Assembly (NCBI GenBank): GCA_041492755.1
Contig: JBGPXN010000134.1
Span: forward strand, 1 to 12,558
DNA length: 12,558 bases
Origin: Candidatus Methylomirabilia bacterium
GTDB taxonomy: Bacteria; Methylomirabilota; Methylomirabilia; Rokubacteriales; CSP1-6
Direction: 5' to 3'
Shown: positions 6,351-12,558 of the stretch, piece by piece
How the letters are laid out: every line of letters starts with the position of its first letter
Numbering within the stretch: the stretch's first letter is position 1
Program-made: the position numbers and the translations under genes
The notes under the pieces: model-generated
Databases searched by the model: none
What the model was told of the DNA's origin: nothing
Seen by the model: only the letters and a program-made list of their open reading frames with translations

Positions 6351-7694
6351 GTGAGCTTGCGTGACACCATCGCCCGCCTCGAAAAGCAAGGCGACCTCGT
6401 GCGCGTGCGCCGGGAGGTCGATCGCAAGTTCGAGCTGGCCGCCGTCGCCAAGAAGCTGGACGGTGGGCCCGCCGTGCTGTTCGAGAACGTGCGCGGCGCG
6501 TCGATGCCGGTGGTGATCGGCACCGACGGCACCAAGGACCGCGTCGCCCAGAACCTCGGCATCAAGGCCGTCGATCTCATCGGGCACTTCGCGCGCGCCA
6601 TCGGCTCGCCGATCCCGTGGACGAAGGCCGACGACGGGCCGGTGCGGGCGCGCCGCTTGAAGCCGCCCTTCGACGTCGGCAGCGTCCTCTCCGTCCCGCA
6701 CCACTACGAGAAGGAGCCCGCGCCGTTCATCACGGGCGGCATGGTGGTCGCGCGCGATCCGGACTCCGGTGTGCTGAACGCGTCGTACAACCGGATGCAG
6801 GTGAAGACCGGCACGCGCTGCGGGATATACATCCAGCCGCGCCATCTGCTGCAGATCCACGCCAAGAACGCCGCCCAGGGCCGGCCCACCGAGGTCGCCG
6901 TGATCTTCGGCATGGACACGGCGGTGCGGCTGTCGTCGGCCACCTGGGGCTCGAACATCCCGCTCGAGCTCGACGAGTTCGCCATCGCGGGCGGTTTGCG
7001 CGGCCGCGCCGTGGAGATGGTGCCTTGCGAGACCGTGGACCTGCGCGTGCCGGCCGACGCCGAGATCGTGATGGAAGGCCGCGTGCTGCCCGACGCGCTC
7101 GAGCCCGAGGGGCCGATGGCGGAGTTCACCGGCGTCTACGGCAGCACCGAGGCCAAGCACGTGTTCGAGGCGACGGCCCTGATGATGCGCGAGGACGCCA
7201 TCTACCAGGACATCGTGCCGTTCGGCACCGAGCATCTGCTCATGCTCGGGCTGCCCTACGAGGGTGTGCTGTTCCGCTACGTGAAGGCGCAGGTGCCGGG
7301 CCTGGTCGACGTCCACCTCACCCCCGGCGGCTGCGGCAAGTTCCTCGCCGTGCTCCAGCTCGACAAGCGGCACGACGGCGACGCCAAGAACGCGATCCTG
7401 GGCGCCTTCGGCGCCATCCGCGACATCAAGATCGTCATGGCCGTCGATCCCGACGTCGACATCGGCAACCCGCGCGAGCTGCAGTTCGCGCTGGCCACGC
7501 GGGTGCAGGGCGATCGCGACATCTTCATGATTCCCGGCGCCAAGGGCAACGAGCTCGACCCGATCCAGGACGTCTACGGCTACATCACGAAGATCGGGAT
7601 CGACGCCACCAAGCCGCTGGCCCGCGCCGAGCGCTTCGAGCTGGCGAAGATCCCGGGATACGACGCGATCGACCTCCGCGACTACCTTGGCTGA
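6351..7694 (+). CDS. UbiD-family prenylated-FMN-dependent (de)carboxylase
   Basis: Motifs LRD.I..LE..GDL..V.REVD..FELAA, GPAVLFENV, N.SYNRMQ, VPADAEIVMEG, catalytic EGPMAEFTGVY, VDPDVDI.N..EL.FALATRVQ and KIGIDATKP. Substrate cannot be assigned. Confidence 0.95.
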   Translation: MSLRDTIARLEKQGDLVRVRREVDRKFELAAVAKKLDGGPAVLFENVRGASMPVVIGTDGTKDRVAQNLGIKAVDLIGHFARAIGSPIPWTKADDGPVRARRLKPPFDVGSVLSVPHHYEKEPAPFITGGMVVARDPDSGVLNASYNRMQVKTGTRCGIYIQPRHLLQIHAKNAAQGRPTEVAVIFGMDTAVRLSSATWGSNIPLELDEFAIAGGLRGRAVEMVPCETVDLRVPADAEIVMEGRVLPDALEPEGPMAEFTGVYGSTEAKHVFEATALMMREDAIYQDIVPFGTEHLLMLGLPYEGVLFRYVKAQVPGLVDVHLTPGGCGKFLAVLQLDKRHDGDAKNAILGAFGAIRDIKIVMAVDPDVDIGNPRELQFALATRVQGDRDIFMIPGAKGNELDPIQDVYGYITKIGIDATKPLARAERFELAKIPGYDAIDLRDYLG

Positions 7695-8076
7695 CGGCTC
7701 GCTCCGGGCCGTCGGCCACTCCGTCGAGCGCAAGGACGGGCGTGCCAAAGTCACCGGCCGCGCCCAGTACCTGGAAGACCTGGTCACCGATGCCGAGGGC
7801 GCGGGCGCCGCGCTGGATGCCGTCTCCGATCTGCACGGCTCCGCCGAATACAAGCGCCACCTCACCGGCGTCTTCGTGAAACGCGCCCTCGCGAGCGCCG
7901 CCCGACCCGCATCGCCGCCCGCCGCGCGAGTGCGTCGGACGTCCACCGGCGGAAACGGCCGCCTCCGCCCCACGGGTGACGATGCCTCGGCGCGCCCGAG
8001 CACGGAGCTTCGGCCGCGCGCCGCTCTGACCGTCGCGACACCCGCGCATGGGGGCACGACGGACCGGAGGCAGGCC
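7687..8076 (+). pseudogene. Fused remnants of a molybdo-hydroxylase large subunit N-terminus (CoxL/XdhB-like, ~7687-7785) and an FAD subunit C-terminus (CoxM-like, ~7790-7900), plus a low-complexity linker; in frame with the 2Fe-2S gene
   Basis: VGHSVERKDGRAKVTGRAQYLEDL is the canonical start of the large subunit. AVSDLHGSAEYKRHLTGVFVKRAL is the canonical end of the FAD subunit. Everything normally between them is missing. Confidence 0.75.
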
Positions 8077-8538
8077 GTGGAGACGACGCTCAATGGCGAG
8101 CGCGTGACGTTGCGCGTGCATCCCGAGGAGCTGCTGCTCGACGTCCTCCGCGAGCAGTGTCGGCTGACCGGGAGCAAGCGCTCCTGCGACGTGCAGGTGT
8201 GCGGCGCTTGCACCGTGCTGCTCGACGGCTTACCGGTGAGCGCGTGCTCCGTGCTGGCCGTCGAGGCGGCCGGCCGCGAGGTCCTCACCATCGAAGGCCT
8301 CGCCGACGGCGAGCGGCTCCATCCGGTGCAGGAGGCCTTCCTCGCCGAGAGCGCGTTCCAGTGCGGCTACTGCACGTCGGGAATGATCCTGGCGGTCACG
8401 ACGCTCCTGGACGACCTGCCCGATGCGACTCCGGACGAGACGCGTGAATACCTTCGCGGCAACATCTGTCGGTGCACGGGCTACGTGAGCATCCTGGCCG
8501 CCGTCGTCACCGCCCAGCGAATGATGACACGCGGCTGA
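8077..8538 (+). CDS. (2Fe-2S)-binding small subunit of a CO dehydrogenase/xanthine dehydrogenase-type molybdo-hydroxylase (CoxS/CutS-like)
   Basis: Motifs LLLDVLRE..LTGSK.SCDVQVCGACTVLLDG..V.AC, TIEGL, QCGYCTSG and GNICRCTGY. GGAGG (8066-8070) lies 6 nt before an in-frame GTG at 8077. It is also the C-terminal part of the 7687-8538 ORF. Confidence 0.9.
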   Translation: METTLNGERVTLRVHPEELLLDVLREQCRLTGSKRSCDVQVCGACTVLLDGLPVSACSVLAVEAAGREVLTIEGLADGERLHPVQEAFLAESAFQCGYCTSGMILAVTTLLDDLPDATPDETREYLRGNICRCTGYVSILAAVVTAQRMMTRG

Positions 8539-8551
8539 GTACATGGGGGGC

Positions 8552-9970
8552 TCAGCCGGGCGGCCGGCGCGCGCGAAGGTCCGGCGTGGCCGCCTCGTAC
8601 GCGTCGGCGATCGCGAGCACGCCCGCTTCGTCCCACGCGCGGCCGACGATCTGGAGCGACAGCGGCAGCCCTTCGCCGGACGACCCCATGGGCACCGAGA
8701 TGGCCGGACAGCCCGTGAGATTGTGCGGGGTCAGGAACGGACGATGTAGCCACGAGCACTCCATCTCCTTGCCGTTCACCCGGGCCATCAGGGTGGCGAT
8801 GGGGGCCGCCGGCGCCGGAGTCGAGGGCAGCACGATCGCGTCCACCTGCTGGAACAGAGTCGCCACGTCGCGCCGGAGGATCTCCCGCTCCCGCAGCCCG
8901 CGGACATAGTCGTCGAGCTGCACCGTGAGCGCCCGCTCGAAGCGGGCCCGGACGTCGGCGCCGTACCCATCGGGGTTCGTCGTGTAGAGCGGCCGGTGGA
9001 ACTCCACGAACTCCGCGGACAGGATCGCGGTCATGGCGCGCTCGATGCGCGCGTAGTGGGGGAACGGCACCGTCTCGATGCGGGCCCCGAGGTCGCGCAG
9101 GGTCCCGACGGCGCGGTCGAACGCTCGGGCCACCTCGGCGTCCACCTCGGCGTGATTGGAGAAGTCCGGGCAGAGGCCGAGGCGCGTGCCGCGAATTCCC
9201 ACCCCGAGCTTCGCCGTGAAGTCCGGAACCGGCACGTCGCGCGACATCGCATCGCGCGCGTCGTAGCCCGCGATCGCCTGCAGCATCAGCGCGGCGTCCC
9301 GCGCGGTGCGCGTCAACGGTCCCACGTGATCGAAGGTGGGGACGTTCGGGCACACGCCGACGAGGCTGACCCGGCCGTGGGTCGGCTTCAGGCCGACGAC
9401 ACCGCAGCAGGCTGCCGGGTTTCGGATGGAGCCGCCGGTGTCGGAGCCGAGGGCCGCCGGGCACAAGCCCGCGGCCACGGCGGCGGCGGAGCCTCCGCTG
9501 GAGCCGCCGGCGATCCGATCCAGGCTCCACGGATTCCGGGTCGTTCCGTAGTGCGGGTTCACCGTCGTCGCCGCCGCGGCGAACTCGTGCGTGTGGCACT
9601 TTCCCAGCAGCACGGCGCCGGCCCGCTTCAGCCGCGCCACGGACTCGGCGTCCTCGGCCGGCACGTGCGCGCGAAAGAAGCTCGATCCGTAAGTGGTGCG
9701 AACGCCGGCGGTGTCGAAGATGTCCTTGGCGCCCCACGGGATGCCGTGCAGCGGAGGGCGATAGCGCCCCGCGGTGATCTCGGCTTCGGCGACCCTGGCG
9801 TCGGCCCTGGCCGCCTCGGCGGTGACCTCGAGGAAGGCGAACAACCGCGGATTCACGGCGTCGATGCGGGCGAGGTGCGCCTCCACCACCTCGACCGGCG
9901 ACACCTCACGCCGGCGGATCCGATCGGCGAGCTCGGAGAGGGTCGAGAAGCACAGGGTGTCGTCGTCCAT
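8552..9970 (-). CDS. Amidase-signature family enzyme (GatA/AtzE-like)
   Basis: PLHGIPWGAKD (catalytic Lys), NPW...IAGGSSGGSAAAVAAG and LGSDTGGSIRNPA..CGVVGLKPT.GRVS give the Ser-cisSer-Lys triad. ATG 9970 is preferred. No gatC/gatB adjacent. Confidence 0.95.
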   Translation of the reverse strand: MDDDTLCFSTLSELADRIRRREVSPVEVVEAHLARIDAVNPRLFAFLEVTAEAARADARVAEAEITAGRYRPPLHGIPWGAKDIFDTAGVRTTYGSSFFRAHVPAEDAESVARLKRAGAVLLGKCHTHEFAAAATTVNPHYGTTRNPWSLDRIAGGSSGGSAAAVAAGLCPAALGSDTGGSIRNPAACCGVVGLKPTHGRVSLVGVCPNVPTFDHVGPLTRTARDAALMLQAIAGYDARDAMSRDVPVPDFTAKLGVGIRGTRLGLCPDFSNHAEVDAEVARAFDRAVGTLRDLGARIETVPFPHYARIERAMTAILSAEFVEFHRPLYTTNPDGYGADVRARFERALTVQLDDYVRGLREREILRRDVATLFQQVDAIVLPSTPAPAAPIATLMARVNGKEMECSWLHRPFLTPHNLTGCPAISVPMGSSGEGLPLSLQIVGRAWDEAGVLAIADAYEAATPDLRARRPPG

Positions 9971-10018
9971 GGCGCGAGGGATAGCACACCACCGGACTGG
10001 CGGCAATCGGGTGGGACT

Positions 10019-10056
10019 CGACGCGGCCCGCCGCCGTGATGGCGCGGGCCGCGTCG
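10019..10056. terminator. Long GC-rich hairpin 20 nt downstream of the 10076 stop; possible terminator or REP-like element
   Basis: CGACGCGGCCCGC (10019-10031) pairs perfectly with GCGGGCCGCGTCG (10044-10056), with a further GCC/GGC inside. No U-tract. Confidence 0.5.
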
Positions 10057-10075
10057 CACTTCGGTTGCGTGGCGG

Positions 10076-10753
10076 CTAGATTCGGGCTTCGGCGCCGGCG
10101 GGCTGGGTGGCCTGGAGCCGGCTCGAGATGTCGTTGATCGGCCGCTGCAGCGCGGTCAGGTGCTCGACCATCGTGTGGAAGTTGTCGGCGAACCGCGCCC
10201 GCTCGGCGCGGTGGAAGTCGACGTCGGCCCGCAGCTCGGTGATTTCTCGGCGAACGTCCGCGATCTCGATCTTCAGCCGCTCGTTGTCCTGCTCGACGGA
10301 CTCCAGGCGCGCGCGCACCCGGTCGCGATCGTCGAGGTAAGCGGGAATCATGCGACCGACCAGGTACTGGCTCTCCTCGAGCCATCGGTCGACACGCTGG
10401 CGATCTTCGAGACCCTCGATCCCTTCCATGGTCTTTCGTCCCCTCTTGCCGGCCGGTTCACTGAGGGTCGACCCTCTCGCCAGTCTGCCGTCGGTCAGCC
10501 GGATGACCGCAACGCCGGACGAGAGGACGTTCGTGGTGCGCGACAGGCGGCGCTCGACCCCCGGAAGGCCCGTGAATCCGTCCGGGGAGTCGGCGCGTCG
10601 GCGGCGCTCGAGGATGACGCGCGTGCCGGCGTCACCTTCGAATCGCGCCCCGAGATAGCGGTACAGTGGCTCGTCAGAGGGGGCGACGACGATGACGTAC
10701 CGACAGGCCCGCTCGGTCTCGACCGGGTCCGCGAGCAGCGAGCCATCCCACAT
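10076..10753 (-). CDS. Hypothetical two-part protein: small N-terminal domain (YVIVV..LYRYL..RF...RVILERRRR..ERR) plus C-terminal coiled coil
   Basis: Continuous frame with heptad repeats (LESVEQDNERLKIEIADVRREITELRADV). A promoter lies just upstream of ATG 10753. A second in-frame ATG at 10429 follows a GAGGGG SD. The track's extension to 11056 overlaps the tcuA-like gene and is discounted. Confidence 0.7.
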   Translation of the reverse strand: MWDGSLLADPVETERACRYVIVVAPSDEPLYRYLGARFEGDAGTRVILERRRRADSPDGFTGLPGVERRLSRTTNVLSSGVAVIRLTDGRLARGSTLSEPAGKRGRKTMEGIEGLEDRQRVDRWLEESQYLVGRMIPAYLDDRDRVRARLESVEQDNERLKIEIADVRREITELRADVDFHRAERARFADNFHTMVEHLTALQRPINDISSRLQATQPAGAEARI

Positions 10754-10768
10754 GTCGTAGCCGCGCTG

Positions 10769-10797
10769 ACAATAGCAACGAGATATCGTCATGGCAA
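10769..10797 (-). promoter_or_regulatory. Sigma70-type promoter TTGCCA-N17-TATTGT with extended -10 TG
   Basis: Minus strand reads TTGCCA tgacgatatctcgtTGc TATTGT, 15 nt before ATG 10753. Confidence 0.65.
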
Positions 10798-10890
10798 AGG
10801 AAATCGACGTCGCGCACGTCGTCGGGGCCGACAATCCCAGCGGCGACGGGGAAAACCCGAACGCGGTGACTCTCCGAAAGTGAGGAAGCG

Positions 10891-12360
10891 ATGCCGGAAT
10901 ACGACGTGATCGTGGTCGGCGCCGGAAACGCCGCGCTCGCGGCGGCCGTCTCGGCCGTGGAACAGGGCGCGCGGCGAGTCGTCGCGCTGGAGAAGGCGCC
11001 ACCGGAGCTGCGCGGCGGGAACACGCACTATAGTGGCGGTCTGTTCCGCTTTGCATTCGATCGCGCCGAGGATCTGCGCCCGCTGGTGCCCGATGCCGAG
11101 GAGCACATCCCCGGTTTCATGACGGGCGTGCTGCCGTATCCGAAGGCGCTGTTCCACGCCGATCTCACCCGGGTCACCGAGGGCCGCACCGATCCCGAGC
11201 TGGCCGAAATCCTGATCGGGCGGTCGTACGACACCATCCGCTGGGTCGCCGCCCAGGGCATCGTGATGGAGCCGGCGGTCTCGCTGTCCGGAATCAAGGT
11301 CGGCAACACCATCAAGTGGTCGCCGGGCGCGGTCATCCGCGCCCGTCAGGAAGGCGTGGGCCTCTCGCGGATGTGGTTCGAGAGCGCCGAGCGCCGCGGG
11401 GTCGAGGTGCGGTACGGGACCACGGCGAGCCGGCTGCTCCAGGACAAGAGCGGGCGCGTCATCGGCGTGATGGTCCGCCAGCCCGACGGCTTCGCCGAGC
11501 TCACCGCCAACGCCATCGTGCTCGGGTGCGGCGGCTTCGAGGCGAATCCCGAGTGGCGCGCGCGCTATCTCGGCCGGCCGTGGGACCACGCCAAGGTCCG
11601 GGGTACGCGCTACAACACCGGTGACGGGCTCCGCATGGCGCTCGAGGTCGGCGCGCTGCCGTACGGGCAGTGGACGGGCTGCCATTCGACGCCCATCGAC
11701 GCCGGCGCGCCGCCGCACGGCGATCGCAAGCTCACCGACAAGACCAACCGGCTCTCGTATCCGTTCGGCGTGCTGGTGAACGCGCGCGGGCGGCGGTTCT
11801 TCGACGAGGGTGAGGACTTTCAGCTCTACACGTACGCCAAGCTCGGCGGCATCATCCTCAACGAGCCCGGCGGCATCGCCTGGCAGATCTTCGACCAGAA
11901 GGTCACGCATCTGCTGGAGGGCCGCTACAAGACCGGCCAGCCGTTCGTGGCCGACAGTCTCAAAGATCTGGTCGGCCTGCTCACGCTGGACCGCGCCGCG
12001 TGTCTGCGAACGCTGGAGGAATACAACGCCGCGGTCGAGAGCGGGCACTTCGATCCGACCACGCATGACGGCCTCGGTACGCCTGGCCTCGAGCCGGCAA
12101 AATCCAACTGGGCCCAGCGGCTCGACACGCCGCCGTTCGTGGCGTACCCCGTCACCGGCGGCATCACCTTCACCTTCGGCGGGGTCAAGGTGAACGATCG
12201 GGCGCAGGTCCTCGACACGCGCTGGGAGCCGATTTCCGGGTTGTACGCATGCGGCGAGATGGTGGGCGGGCTCTTCCACGTGAACTACCCCGGTGGCACC
12301 GGATTGATGTCGGGCGCGGTGTTCGGCCGGCTGGCCGGCGCCAGCGCCGGCGGGCAGTGA
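10891..12360 (+). CDS. tcuA: FAD-dependent tricarballylate dehydrogenase TcuA/CobZ-like flavoprotein (FAD_binding_2)
   Basis: Motifs YDVIVVGAGNAAL.AA..A.EQGA..LEKAP...RGGNT.YSGG, LGCGGFEANPEWR..YLG..WD.AKVRG..YNTGDG, RFFDEGED, GITFTFGGV and GLYACGEMVGGLF..NYPGGTGL..GAVFGR. GAGG SD upstream. The symbol is a family-level call; substrate unverified. Confidence 0.85.
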   Translation: MPEYDVIVVGAGNAALAAAVSAVEQGARRVVALEKAPPELRGGNTHYSGGLFRFAFDRAEDLRPLVPDAEEHIPGFMTGVLPYPKALFHADLTRVTEGRTDPELAEILIGRSYDTIRWVAAQGIVMEPAVSLSGIKVGNTIKWSPGAVIRARQEGVGLSRMWFESAERRGVEVRYGTTASRLLQDKSGRVIGVMVRQPDGFAELTANAIVLGCGGFEANPEWRARYLGRPWDHAKVRGTRYNTGDGLRMALEVGALPYGQWTGCHSTPIDAGAPPHGDRKLTDKTNRLSYPFGVLVNARGRRFFDEGEDFQLYTYAKLGGIILNEPGGIAWQIFDQKVTHLLEGRYKTGQPFVADSLKDLVGLLTLDRAACLRTLEEYNAAVESGHFDPTTHDGLGTPGLEPAKSNWAQRLDTPPFVAYPVTGGITFTFGGVKVNDRAQVLDTRWEPISGLYACGEMVGGLFHVNYPGGTGLMSGAVFGRLAGASAGGQ

Positions 12361-12361
12361 C

Positions 12362-12558
12362 ATGAAACCGACGACACGGCTGCGAGAGCTCATTGCCGGC
12401 GGCGACGTCGTCGTCGCCCCCGGCGTCTACGACGGCCTCTCCGCGCGGCTCGCGGCGCACGCCGGCTTTCCCGCGCTCTACGCGACCGGCGGCGGGATCG
12501 CGCGCAGCATGGGCTATCCGGACCTCGGCCTGCTGTCGCCGAGCGAGATCGTGGAGCG
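12362..12558 (+). CDS. Isocitrate lyase/PEP mutase family enzyme (PrpB / 2,3-dimethylmalate lyase-like); 3'-truncated and absent from the ORF track
   Basis: Hand translation: MKPTTRLRELIAGGDVVVAPGVYDGLSARLAAHAGFPALYATGGGIARSMGYPDLGLLSPSEIVE, matching PG.YD.LSAR..GF.A.Y..G...G.PD.GL. The ATG is 1 nt after the tcuA-like stop. Confidence 0.9.
   Translation, partial: MKPTTRLRELIAGGDVVVAPGVYDGLSARLAAHAGFPALYATGGGIARSMGYPDLGLLSPSEIVE

Noticed and set aside
8552..9970. Calling the amidase gatA
   Set aside because: No gatC or gatB neighbours. It fits a generic catabolic amidase-signature enzyme.
6264..12393. Long shadow ORFs 6264-8291(-), 6617-7879(+), 8481-9737(-), 8996-10039(+) and 10789-12393(-)
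   Set aside because: They overlap well-supported genes and give Arg/Ala/Gly-rich translations with no family motifs.
667..12558. Whole window as one nicotinate/pyridine degradation cluster (Mo-hydroxylase, maleate isomerase, amidase, dimethylmalate lyase-like)
   Set aside because: The genes lie in at least four separate, differently oriented units. No ring-cleavage dioxygenase or deformylase is present, and the amidase is not of the NicF isochorismatase type.
1..12558. CRISPR array, tRNA or rRNA genes
   Set aside because: No regularly spaced repeats or recognisable structural RNA motifs were seen in any intergenic region.

Overview
GC-rich (about 70% by eye) bacterial chromosomal window. 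The family-5 substrate-binding protein resembles those typical of Ca. Rokubacteria/Methylomirabilota, though this is an impression only. Most of the window is organic-acid/aromatic catabolic and uptake genes: two ABC substrate-binding proteins, a two-cysteine maleate isomerase/racemase, a UbiD (de)carboxylase, an amidase, a TcuA-like flavoprotein and an ICL/PEP-mutase enzyme. Three things stand out. (1) A complete 2030-bp IS1380-family element (2982-5011) has perfect 19-bp terminal inverted repeats and a 5-bp TGACC target duplication. It carries two coupled genes, a small Cys/His DUF6788-like protein and the DDE transposase, and it landed in the promoter region of the SBP-isomerase operon. (2) A lower-GC stand-alone ApeA-like HEPN (RxxxxH) gene lies beside it and is a candidate defence RNase. 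(3) A chimeric ORF after ubiD joins the first ~33 codons of a molybdo-hydroxylase large subunit, the last ~35 codons of an FAD subunit and a whole 2Fe-2S subunit, which looks like an in-frame deletion scar of a coxLMS-type operon. All family calls come from motif recognition; no searches were run.
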